Positions 52,681 through 64,000 of a stretch of DNA of 64,000 bases are shown here, in pieces. The notes below the pieces were generated by a model. The model saw only the letters and a list, made by a program, of their open reading frames with translations, did not search any database and was not told the DNA's origin. Each line of letters begins with the position of its first letter. Position 1 is the stretch's first letter. The stretch is from Camelus ferus (Eukaryota), in NCBI RefSeq assembly GCF_009834535.1, contig NC_045696.1, positions 22,880,001-22,944,000 on the forward strand, written 5' to 3'. Made by a program: the position numbers and the translations under genes.

Positions 52681-53331
52681 AAGATGTCAATTTTCCCCCT
52701 CCCCTCTAATAAGCAGTTGAATAATTTAACCTCTATGGGTGATAGGCATTTAGAAGGTCTTTACCTATTCTCTCAAATTTGTGTGTCTTCAAAATTTTCC
52801 ATAACATACAATGTTTAAAAGAAAGCTGATTACCTAAAATATATTTTCATTAATATTATTAATATGAGCAGAAAACCAAAAGAAAATGTAGCAAAAGATA
52901 CATACAGAAGTTTATTGAAACAGAAAACTCAAGTCATTTAGTACTGTTTGGGAACTGAAGGGACTTCTGACCAGGTTTTGGTCTGAGGTATTCCATGGTT
53001 TAAAAAGAAGGCTTCTAGAACAAAGGGTTGTCCAGAAGCAGACCAGCATAACCACCACAAAACCAATATATTTAAATTATGTGCTAACAGAAGCCTAGAA
53101 GAAAAGACTAAGATTAGCTTCTCTTTCTTACCTTATTTCACTGATCAAACACTAAATCACATCTTTTATAAAAGTAGGGAAATCTTTATAAAGAAAATGA
53201 GCAGAAGACACTAGAGGGTAAATAGTTAAAAAAAAACACTCTTATAGTATTTAAAACAGCATTTATTAGCCTTTTCTTCTGAATATTGATTGATTAAACC
53301 TAAGCTGTTTATTAATCTCTTTCAGGGTCTC

Positions 53332-53334
<3 letters not shown>

Positions 53335-53393
<59 letters not shown>
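53335..53393. repeat. (TTA)n microsatellite
   Basis: Visible directly. Confidence 0.95.
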
Positions 53394-53857
53394 TTACTAA
53401 TTTCTTTCAGATTGATGTCTGTTTTGGTGTCTGGTCACTCAAACCACTGTCAATATTCTCCCTGTTATTCTACTAGTATTGTTTTACTGGTGCTGAACTG
53501 TATTTTTAGTAGCCAAACAACGTAAGACATCCGTGTCACTAATTCAGTCTGAGCATTTGCCTCAAACATGAGTGAAACCTTTACCCTTTTGTTGGTCCAT
53601 CCCTGGTCTTGAACTCATTGAAGTGTATTTGTCAGAATTACAGTCAAATTGAACTCACTATTCAATCAATAATTGAACTCTGCTCCTAAGATGCTTTCTA
53701 TTTAACACTGAAGGAAAATAACACAGCTTGACCCTTGTGAAGTGTTATGAAGAGCTGAAGTCAAGTGGAGACTTCTTTTATTCTGGTTGGAGTATTTTGT
53801 TGCTATCTTAACCTTGAGCTGGGCAGAAGCATGAATAGCTACACAAAATTCCTTTAC

Positions 53858-53882
53858 CTTTGTTGCGTCCATGTTAAGAGGC
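53858..53882 (-). CDS. 25-nt microexon (phase 1->2); GLLTWTQQR
   Basis: tttgtgttaataag acceptor, AAG|gtaaag donor; required to keep the frame between the 54.5-kb and 51.1-kb exons. Confidence 0.6.
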
Positions 53883-54174
53883 CTTATTAACACAAAGGCA
53901 TTAAAATGGGATTGAGCCAGTAGCTAAGCATTTAATCTTAAAGCTGATAATAACTTAAAGTAAGAGGATAATAGCCACCATTTACTGAGTATGTATTTTA
54001 ACCAAACACAGAGCTAAGGGCTTTACATACAACATTTTATCTGCATACTTTTTCATCATTTATTGGCATTCCAAGAGATCATCCAACCAGTTGCTCCCAT
54101 CAAGACCACCACCATCCTACAGACTTTGCAGTGACAGTGAGCAAAGTTACTGAAGCTTTTAAATATGTATCCTG

Positions 54175-54369
54175 CTGTGGGGTGGAGCCAGCTCACACTG
54201 ATTCATGAGACTATTAAGTGCATCTTTCCCCAACATCAAGGTTAAGTGACATCGTAGTGGTAGTTTAAAATGGCCATGATGGGAGAATTTACACTACAGA
54301 AATTCGTAAACATCTTTTTTTTTCTTCCCCGGAGAGTCAGTTGTTAGACATTTACCAATACACCATTGT
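54175..54369 (-). mobile_element. MER63-like hAT-Blackjack fragment
   Basis: Reverse complement caatggtgtattggtaaatgtctaacaactgactctccgggg. Confidence 0.6.
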
Positions 54370-54469
54370 TATTGCTACTGAGGTGGCAGTTTAAAGTTAG
54401 GAAATGACTAATAATTAAACAAAGAAGGAGAAAAAGGAAAAAAAAAACCCTCAGTAGTGTTCCACCCAC

Positions 54470-54564
54470 CAGCCGTTCCCCAATTTGTTTCATTTCTTGA
54501 AAGAACCAGGTGAGAGAGCCATGGTCCTTTGGGCATTCTCTCAATATCTTGGTGGGAGGAGGAA
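54470..54564 (-). CDS. Internal coding exon (95 nt, phase 2->1); SSSHQDIERMPKGPWLSHLVLSRNETNWGTA
   Basis: gtcttttcccag acceptor, CTG|gtgggt donor, open frame in phase. Confidence 0.7.
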
Positions 54565-54582
54565 CTGGGAAAAGACACTACA

Positions 54583-54790
54583 ACAGAGGTCAGCACACTA
54601 TGGTCTGTGTGCTGAACGTGGCTGAGTCCCTGTTTTAATAAGTAACGTGTTACTGGAGCACAGCCAAGCCCAGTTTCTGTGTTGCCCGTGGCTGCTTTCA
54701 CATCTCGACAGACGTTCACAGAAGTTGTGACACAGCCTGTATGACCCCAGAAGCAAAGCTATTTACTATCTGGTCCTTTACAGAAAGACT
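54583..54790 (+). mobile_element. MER58A-like hAT element
   Basis: cagaggtcagcacactatggtctgtg...tactggagcacagcca...atttactatctggtcctttacagaaa. Confidence 0.75.
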
Positions 54791-55041
54791 CTTCCATGAG
54801 TGACTAAGGTTGAAATGTGTTTGGTATATGGATGATGCTTTATTTTGAATTTAATCCATGCAAGGATGAGGTAGAAATAAGCTTCATTTCCTTGTTTTAC
54901 CTCAATCTAGTGAAGCAAGTTAAAGAAATAAGCTATGTCCCTAAATTTTATTTCATGACTCATACAATTTCATCATGCAGGGTATTTCATTCATTATGTT
55001 GGGACCACTCATTCTTGGTCACAAAATGTATATATATTCCA

Positions 55042-55043
<2 letters not shown>

Positions 55044-55086
<43 letters not shown>
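55044..55086. repeat. (TG)n microsatellite
   Basis: Visible directly. Confidence 0.95.
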
Positions 55087-55089
<3 letters not shown>

Positions 55090-55149
55090 TGAGATACTCA
55101 ACCTCAATATATATATAGGTTGGGATATCCAGACCCTCTACTTGGATGT

Positions 55150-55800
55150 CTTCATTCATTCACCTACTTATTCAACAAATATTTATTGAAGGCTACTATA
55201 GTCCAGCCTACTAGGTTCTAGGCACTAGAGTCTACTCATGAATAACCAAAGCTCTTTCCCATAAGGAACTTGTATTTTAGTGGGAAAGGTATATTCATAT
55301 TTGCTTGTTGTCTAATAGCCTATCAAGAACTGATAAGCACTATGAAGAAAACTTAAAGCAAGAGAAGTGTTGGACAATGAATGATGTGCTTTTTAAGATG
55401 TTTAAGGAAAGCATCTTTAAGAAGGTGACATTTGAGTAGAGACCAGAATAAAGTGAAGGAATAAGTCATGTGTTCCTGGCAGAGGGACCAGTAAAGGATA
55501 AGGCTCACCAGTGGGCATGTGTTCACAAGAAGGGTAAAAAGAGGGGAGTGATGATGTCAGCAAGGTAGGCAGGCCTTGTAAGCACAGTAAGGATTGTGTT
55601 TGCGAGTCATACTACACGGAAAACCACTGGGAAGCTGTGAGGAGGATGCTGACTTCAAGTGATAAGCATTTTAAATTAACGCCCCATCTCCCAGGTATAA
55701 TAGAGATTACAGTAGGTAATAAGAGGGAAGAAGATCAGTGACAAGGCTGTTGCCATAACACAGGCAAGACATGACCTGCTTGTGTAGGGCTTAGGGTTAT
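55150..55800 (-). mobile_element. L2 fragment
   Basis: ttcattcattc...ttcaacaaatatttattga...aaggtgacatttgag. Confidence 0.7.
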
Positions 55801-56101
55801 GGGAAACTGAGAAGACAGTTAAAGGACTTTGGATTGAAAAATGCTTGTAGACACTCCAAGACCTTTTTATAACTGAGTGCTCATTTAATTCTTACTACAT
55901 AGAATAGAGAGTGAGGAAGAATTCATGCATTCATTCAGCAAACATTTATTGTTTATTAGTAAGAAAAGAAGTGCTATGTACTGACATTAAAAGTTAAAAG
56001 AAACTCAGTTTAGTGGAAAATAACTGCCAACAACTGAGTTTCTCACATATCAGCTCTGTCTCTACTACTTCATACAAATTCCTCTGACCTCAACCCCCTA
56101 C

Positions 56102-56202
56102 GCTAAGTTCTCTGCGTTCATGGGACCCTTTTGGACCCAAAGCTGCTCTTCCTCAGGACATCTGAGGCTGCTACCATTCAGAATGCCCTTCTCATTGGGA
56201 GT
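56102..56202 (-). CDS. Internal coding exon (101 nt, phase 0->2); TPNEKGILNGSSLRCPEEEQLWVQKGPMNAENLA
   Basis: ttccttccattttcag acceptor, AGC|gtaggg donor, open frame in phase with both neighbours. Confidence 0.7.
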
Positions 56203-57349
56203 CTGAAAATGGAAGGAATGGATTAAAACAGAATATAGTCTATGTGGTACACACACACATACACACACAGATGTATCCTGGTTCGAATATCCAGCTGTTG
56301 AGTCTTCCAAGTCTTTCCTATCTCTACTGACATAGTTGTGTGATTCTCCAGCCAATTAAGCAATAGAATTTCTTTAATTCATGTTTTAATCATGGTGGTC
56401 TCAACTCTCTCTTCTTCCTTTCTTGCATTTTGAGGATAATGCACTAAATTTTTCAGACAGATTTCCTTGAGGGTCTCTCCTATTGTTTGACATAGAAAGA
56501 CACACTCTCTCCTATTAAACACGCAGGTCCCCATGTTGCCGTGAGTATTGTGAATTCAGTATCTGTTCTAAAAGTTATGCTTATTTCTTTGTCCAAAACA
56601 AAGGACATATCTTGCTTGCTTTCCAAACCAGCAAGATTCAAGCCCTGAGTGAACATTCGGGCATATTAGCAGAGTGGTGGCGTTGTTCCCCGTAGCACGG
56701 ACCTGTCTGTGACTCCAAAGGCACCTTTCAATGTCAGCAAAAATCTAGGGTTTATAAACAGGAGAAGGAGGGGCATGAATCAACCAACAGGCAGTTCTGG
56801 AAGCTGAGAATAAGCTAAGAATAAGCTAATATTCCTGAGAATGGGGTTTTTGAAACCTATGTATTGTGGACTCCAAACTGCAGCACAAGGTACTTTGACG
56901 TGACTTAAAAAGTCATTTAAGAAGTAGGGGAAAGATAATGACTAGGGAATGCTTTGTACATTACATGTTATATATAAAATGCACATAGTACATGTACTAT
57001 ATTGCTGATATATTTTTAATTTTTAAAATGCTCTAAGTGTACAATCTTGATCATATTTTCCTTAGTGTTATGATGAAGATAAAAAATAAAATGGGGACTT
57101 GGTGATCCTCTCCTAGGTGTGGGTGGGCTGCACCGGACTTCCTCCCCTTCACAAGCAAGGCTTCAGAGCCTTGGGAGCTTGGGAAGGGTTAAAGTTTTGC
57201 CTGTGACACTGAAATTGAGGCCAGCTGTAGGTCATATTCACGTCCCAGTCACAGGAAAATGAACCTGTGAGACAGAACCTAATTATCTGCTAAACCAAAA
57301 GCCAGTCTCAGTTCAATAACTTACGACAGAGCTAGCAGCCAGATATAGT

Positions 57350-57363
57350 GTTACCATGGCAAC
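57350..57363. promoter_or_regulatory. RFX X-box GTTACCATGGCAAC
   Basis: Exact match to the GTTRCCATGGYAAC consensus in non-repeat, mildly CpG-retaining intronic DNA. Confidence 0.6.
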
Positions 57364-60024
57364 GCTGGAAAAAGCTCCACTGCGGTTGAGAATGAGGAGG
57401 AAGGGAGGAGACTGTAACCCTAAACATGCTGCAGCCGTTTGATCTCGGACAAGTGGGTCTGTCTAAAAAAACAGGTTATTCTACACATGACTACCTTTGT
57501 CTGTGCACTTTAATATCTGCCACAATTACTGAAAAGGAGAACGCAGTTATAATGTCCTCGGGGCTTACAATAATTCACTCATAAAGCTGGGAATTAATTT
57601 TAAAGAAAACACATAAGCTTCCTTTTTCTCCTCATCCATGCCATCCCCAAATACAGATAAAGCAGGACACAAAGGGTGGGGATTCTTGAATACCTCATCA
57701 TTGCAATGAATGAGTTCTGTGCCCATGAAATTCACTGTCATCCTATTTTCCTCTTATTGCCAAATGCTGAGACATTTTTAAGAGAAAACTTTTGGGAATG
57801 AAGCAATACTATTAGCTTTTCTGAGGAGGAGGAGTAGGAGTAGAACCGGAGAGTAGAAGAGAAATCATTTTTCTTTGTGAACTCCATCTAAACTTTCAAG
57901 TGAATAATTTCCTGGAATATTGAGTTAAGAAGAATCACACATTAGAGGGAGATAAGCCCTGCCAGTTTGGTCATTTTTCTTCCTGCCAGTTCAACTTTGT
58001 AGTTCTTTCTGGAACAGCACTGGGTTTCTGAACTTGGGAGATGATAAGGTGCAAGCACATGAAAACTGCACTAGCTAGTTACCATGAATACTGTGAAAAC
58101 AGCATCTCACTAAAAATATTTGCAGAAGTAATAAGAACCTACCATATGCACTTAGAGGGGAAATTCAGAAGTATACTCCTTTCTCTCACTTTTTCAATCC
58201 TTCCCAATGGAGACAAATCACGCTAAAGCTTGTCACTTGCAATTACTGGATTCCAACATATTTGACAATTTTGATGTGCTATTAATGATGTAATATGACA
58301 CATCTAGTACATAATGTTATCACTTGGGCTTGCTATCCCGTTGTGATACCGAATTTGAATCACATAGGTATATATGCATAAATATATAGATACAGCAGTG
58401 TTTCCTTATGCATAACTCATCAACACATTGGGTTTGGAATATGGAGAGGAAGGAGTATGGAGATGAATAATATCCTTTTCATATGCATGAATAGCTTTGC
58501 AGTCATGCAAATGAGAAAACACAAAATGGAAAGTAGGTTTCTTCTAGCAGAAATATGACTAGAAATGTAGCCTGAAATTTGCCAATATATTAGAGTCACT
58601 TTTGATGTCGGTGAATTTTCTTTAAGGTGTCACATCTCCTAAAAACATTTTCCCCTACCCTATTATATTTTCAGTATATAATTACATAAATATAGAAATC
58701 CACAACTTTAAATTCCTTTCAACTACCATAGTGCGTGAAAGGGAGCTTTAGGATCTTACGAAGATAAAAGGTGAAGGTAGGCGTGGGGTGGGTGGGCAGA
58801 AAAGCAACATCAAAGGGCAAAATGAATTTTCTGATTAATTTCCAGGTAGAAGTAACCTAACCTCTGCTCCTGACCCTAGGTTAATTCCTTCTCAAGTAAG
58901 TGGAAGCCAGAATGTATACTCCTTTCTAAGACGGATGTTTCTGAGATCTGATTATTAAAGAGTCTTACTGGTTGCAAAGATGCCAACAATACAGTTCAAT
59001 AAACTGTTTGGATCCTGTTACTCATAATATGAATAAGTTTTTCTGTTAATCTCTCCACTTACATGAATTAATTAGTTAGAAAAGAAAATGAAGCAGTTTT
59101 ATCAGAAGAGCATCTGAAAGAGCTATTGATTCAAATGCTTTTACATTTTTGCTGTATCACACATGATCAGCTGGCAGATATGAGCTTGATAATGATGCAA
59201 AGCACCAGATTTCACTGGATTCTCTGTTCCACCTGAATTGCCAGGAGAGATATTGGAAGCACTAACAAAGAAATAATGCTGCTTTTCTCATGACATTTTT
59301 TCAGTCAATGATTTTTGAAGAGATGTACCATGACTTTATACAGCACATTCTCAACTATTCCATTGGAGATTTTCTTTAGCATCATCAGTATTTCCCATGC
59401 TGTTGTGAGTAGTTGTGTTTGTACGCACTTTTGTTTCTTTCTAATTGTAACCTTAGTGTCCGTCAGTAAGAATTTTGTGAAGCATGTACTCCATCCTGTA
59501 TAAAGGTATCGATATGTTCAATTAACATTAAACAAATACAATAAAATAAACTGCAGCTGAAACTAAATTTACACTATAAAACTAAGTTTCTAGATTAGAA
59601 TAATCTGCTTGCCATATGGAAGGTACTCAATGTGATTGCTGATTGAGTGAATTAATAAACGGGCCTGTCTGACAAGGACCAAGACAAAATAACAAAAAGC
59701 AAAGTCTTGAAAGAAACTTGAAAAAGACTACACCCTATGCTAACCCTTGAGTAAACTACATGAAAAGGTTTCCAATTTCCAAAGGTTCTTAATTCACCCC
59801 CTAGAAAGGTAAAGGAAAAGAAAGGCTAGAAATATGGTTATCACTTTTGAATCTGCCATTTTAAAAGGGACTAGAATATCCCAGAATATATGAGCACTTA
59901 GTATATAACAAAGGTGGCATTTCTCATCTCTGATTTCTACTTTCTCCTGTCTAAGGTTACCCACTGTTTTTTCTGGTCCTCACTAACCAATGCTGAAATG
60001 TCTCTTTGGGTGTTGGTCTTTTAC

Positions 60025-60245
60025 CTTTGGAAAATTCATGAAATTCTTCCCTCGGCCGTGAGGCTGTGTAACGCTGCTCTCAGCAAGCCCAGCTTGCTGA
60101 TTAAACCACTTTCCTTGGTCCTCACAGTTGTTGTGGGTTTCAGGAACTCCACAGCATTCTCCATCTGTATTTAGCTGTCTCCTTGATGCCTCTTGAAGAC
60201 GAGGAAACTTCTCCAGATCTTTCCCATGCCCTGCTGAAGGACTTT
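60025..60245 (-). CDS. Internal coding exon (221 nt, phase 1->0) of an unidentified multi-exon gene; ..SPSAGHGKDLEKFPRLQEASRRQLNTDGECCGVPETHNNCEDQGKWFNQQAGLAESSVTQPHGRGKNFMNFPK
   Basis: Minus strand: branch-like ctaac, long pyrimidine tract and ccaag acceptor; AAG|gtaaaa donor; 73 open codons; phase matches the next exon. Confidence 0.7.
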
Positions 60246-60737
60246 CTTGGGAGAAGGTGAAGGGTTGAAAGTTAGGGGGGAAGGATGCTGGATCAGACTC
60301 TTCTCCTTGCTGCCATTCCTATAAGCATCTACAAAACTGCCACCCCCCAGGGTTCCAGGTGGGCAGGGCTCGTAACCCCTCCAGTCCTGATGTCTTCATA
60401 CTCATTTAACAGGAATCTGTTCCCCACTTCCCTCTCCCAGAAGTTGCAGCAGTCAGAGCTTAGAATATGTGACGTTCCTTGTCTATATCTGGTTTTCTCC
60501 CCTCTCTCTTGCAATCAAGGCTCCTCACTGCCCACATAGCCTAGAAAGTTTCATGCTGTCCTACGTGATGGACAACCACTTTCTTACTTATATCCTGAAC
60601 TCTTCTCTACTTTATGGCTAACTTTGATCAGTTCTATGATCCAGATCTCTAGCATCATGTTAATATTTATAACCAAGTCATATATGAATTAAAAATAAAA
60701 CCATTTCCCTCTGAGGAGCCTAGCTCTTTCAAATCAA

Positions 60738-61245
60738 TTGACAGATGACTGGATAAAGAAGTTGTGGTATATTTATACAATAGACTACTACTCAGCCATG
60801 AAAAATAATAAAACAATGCTATTTGCAATAACATCGATAGAACTGGAGACTGTCATTCTATGTGACGTAAGCCAGAAAGAGAAAGAAAAATACCATATGA
60901 TATCACTTATATGTGGAATCTAAAAAAAAAAAAAAAAGACAAACCTATTTACAAAACAAAAACAGACTTACAGACATAGAAAACAAATTTATGGTTATCA
61001 GCAGGGGAAGCGGGGGGAATGGATAAATTGGGAGTTCAAGATTTGCAGGTAATAATATATATAAAGTAGATAAACAACGAGTCCATACTGTATAGGACAG
61101 GATACTGTATTCAGCGTCTTGAAGTAACTTACAGTACAAAAGAAGAAAATGAATCTATATATGTTCATGTATGACTGAAGCATTATGCTGTATACCAGAA
61201 GTTGATGCAACATTGTAAACTGACTATACTTCAATTAAAAAATAT
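60738..61245 (+). mobile_element. Young lineage-specific L1 3' end (ORF2 C-terminal remnant)
   Basis: ORF-track peptide TDDWIKKLWYIYTIDYYSAMK is the L1 ORF2 C-terminus; ends ctgactatacttcaattaaaaa. Confidence 0.9.
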
Positions 61246-63146
61246 ATATATACAAAAAAGAGAAGCTTGTTTTGAGCTTATTGTACTTGCTGTAAGTTTT
61301 TTTTTTTTTTTAAATATTCTACTAAGCACTTTAGATCTTCTGTTGACTTTTTTCTTGATTGTGTCTGCCCTTCCATTAAGGCAACACATGTCACTGAAAA
61401 GATGAGAACAGAGAAGTAAAGGAACAAGCATAATCTGGGGAAGTAATAACCCTGGTTAAAATTTTCCAGATATCATCCCACATACAGTCAATCACTTGGC
61501 TCTGTCAATTCCATCTTCAAAACACTTCTCTGTTCCCTCCTTGTCACTCCACTTCCACTGCCACCACCTTCATTCAGGCCACTATCATCTGTCCCAATTA
61601 CTATACCAAGGGAATAATTACATACAATTTATAAGTATGTATTTATCTCAGAATACTATTTATATTAGGAAAAAAGGATGGAAATAAACTCAATTTACAC
61701 CTATGAATGGACTGGTTAAATAAATTGTATTACACTCAAACAATAACATATGTTAACATAATATGTGGGAAAGTGTTCATTTGGTATTTAACCATTAAAA
61801 ATCAAATTGCAAATATTCATGAAGATATTCAGTGTGTGTGTGAGATGAGAGAGAGAGACAAAGAAGAGGGAGAGAGAGAAGCATGATTAGATACTGGATG
61901 ATAACAAGAGTTATTTTCTGAGTGATGAGATTCATACTTTTTTTGCTTTTCTATTTGTCTGAAATGTCTAATTTTATAAAACGAACACTTGTTATTGTGC
62001 AGGAAAAAGTTTAACTTATTTTGTAAAGAAACTAGCTGTCTTTAGACTAATGTGAAAATATTTTTAATTCATTTAAGATGGATTGAGACTAGTAGGTTTA
62101 ATAACATTGGACTTGTAGGTTATGTCATAGGTAGTTGTTCTCTTTTTAACTAGGAATACTATCTTTCCAGTTGCACATAGAAGAATTCCAGCATTTCAGG
62201 ATAAATCACTTGAGAAAGACAGGGGTTTGCAATGAGACATGTTTTCATAAATAATGTTATAAAGAAATTTCTACCTCTTTCCAATCAACATATTTATTTA
62301 GGCTGAAGGTTGAGATAAAAAGTCTCTATATTATGGTTTTGCATCATTAGTTATTGAATGCTTCAAAATTATTTACTTCATGAATATTACAAAGTCGGCT
62401 AGTTTTTCTGCATTATCTATTCTCCTCTTTTACCTCTGGTTTTTAGCTGAATGAATGACTACCCAGAAAATGTCCGCATTTCCATGCACCTATTCCCCGA
62501 AAGCTTTGTGTACCTGGTGACTAAGTTCTAAGGGTACAGTGGAAGGTACATACAGAAATTCCAAAAATTTTCTTTAAAAGGAAGTATAGTACCCTTATTT
62601 TTCCCTACATATTCCTACTGTCTGAAAAACAACATGGTGTATCTTCAATGGTCATTTTGAGATTACTTGGGAAATGAAAATCAAAGAGAGAAACAGGATA
62701 GAAGAAGCCTAGATTCCTGACTTCAGCATATTCAACTAGCTCTCCATAAAAATGGTTGTCAAAGCTATGTCATCACCTCTAAGATGTTCATTACCCGTTT
62801 GACATCATACTCTGGGAGTCATATTCACACCATGAATCCAACCTGCATGATATCAGTGCTGTATTAACTGAAATAGAAGTCGGGGGGTATCTGATGCTGG
62901 TTCGCAGGATTATCATGATTCTCATTCTTCTAGTGGCAAAAGGTGGAAAAATGTATTGTCATTTTCTACTCCTTTCTTCACTGCCACAATTTTTTATCCC
63001 TATGCAATCTACTAGGTCATGAAATTGTCTTATATTAAGAAATGTCATGATTTCTTACATTTAGCATCTCCTTTTCACACTTAAGTGTGAAAGTATTTCT
63101 AGTGGTTCTTAATTTTGGGATGGTTTTAGTCTCCATTCAGAATCTT

Positions 63147-63376
63147 TTTTTTTTAATTGCGGTTTTGTCAGTTTACAATGTTGTATCAATTTCTGTTGTA
63201 CAGCACAATGCTTCAGTCATACATGAGTATACATATATTCATTTTTTTATTCTTTTTCACCATAAACTACTACAAGATATTGAATATATTTCCCTGTGCT
63301 ATACAGTATAAACTTGTTTATTCTATTTTATATATATATCAGTCAGGGAAAGGATAAACTGGGAGTTTGAGATCTG
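63147..63376 (-). mobile_element. Young L1 3' end with 5' inversion (twin priming)
   Basis: Antisense 3' end at 63147-63343, then sense-oriented upstream piece cagggaaaggataaactgggagtttgagatctgc; TSD cagaatctt at 63138-63146 and 63377-63385. Confidence 0.8.
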
Positions 63377-64000
63377 CAGAATCTTATAAACACTATTGGA
63401 TCATTTTCCCCAGAAAAATGGATGTCCACCATTCAGTATATTTCACATAATCTCATGGGAACACGGTAGACTTCAGGTTAGGAACTCCCTGGTTTAGATC
63501 TCCTTTTTTGTTTCTTCTGTGTCTAGTTATCCCTGATTTTTCTCATTTCAACATTCTCTACCCAACTCTTCATCAATTGGAGTGTTAATTGTCTCGGAGC
63601 TTTTATGAAATGCACATGCAGGGGCTCTACTTCCACCTGCTGAGTCAGAATGTGCAGGATGGGAAGAATGGTGTGTCTTCATAAGTTTTTCTAAGTAGTT
63701 CTGATATGTTCCCTGGGTAGAGGTCTTAAGTTACACTGATTTTGGATTAATCTTGTATTTTCCAAAATAATGTTTAAAGGATTCCTAGTGCCTGCCACAC
63801 TATAACACTGCACAATTACTGGAAGAGCCTCTGTAAGCATTGCAGGGCATCCTTAAGCTGACCTCAGCTTACCCTTCAATAGCCATCTTATAAAAATGTA
63901 CCCAATCTTCCAATGAAATTGAATGCCAAACATAGCTCATCTTTCCTGCGTCTACACATTTGCACATGCTGCATATTTTTCCTGAAACCCAGTCATTACT

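Noticed and set aside
60738..60923. 61-aa ORF
   Set aside because: L1 ORF2 C-terminal remnant, not a host gene
1..64000. CRISPR arrays, operons, rRNA or true tRNA genes
   Set aside because: Eukaryotic DNA with no repeat-spacer array; the only tRNA-like sequence is a SINE head

Overview
AT-rich, CpG-depleted eutherian genomic DNA, most likely camelid (camel/alpaca/llama). The basis is a camelid-type tRNA-derived SINE at ~43.0-43.2 kb, young artiodactyl-type L1 3' ends, and a Tigger1 internal-deletion derivative. A large share of the window is transposon fossils (L1, L2, MIR, MaLR/ERVL LTRs, hAT and Tigger elements) and microsatellites. Most ORF-track entries are chance frames. The main non-repeat signal is a minus-strand spliced protein-coding gene that I cannot name. 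Six GT-AG exons (60245-60025, 56202-56102, 54564-54470, a 25-nt microexon 53882-53858, 51166-51034, 50881-50851) splice in phase into a stop-free ~200-aa reading frame. A further exon from 50256 carries a TGA. That TGA is either the true stop (poly(A) signals lie at ~49.5-49.7 kb) or a nonsense lesion in a longer gene whose further exons may run to ~42 kb. Other notable items: a tailless 3'-truncated U6 retrocopy with a perfect 15-bp TSD (8.25 kb), a twin-primed inverted L1 (63.1-63.4 kb), a consensus RFX X-box (57.35 kb), and CpG-enriched non-repeat candidate regulatory blocks (33-34 kb, 41.3-41.6 kb). Repeat subfamily names come from recalled consensus similarity and repeat boundaries are approximate. 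No prokaryotic-type system (CRISPR, operon) is present.
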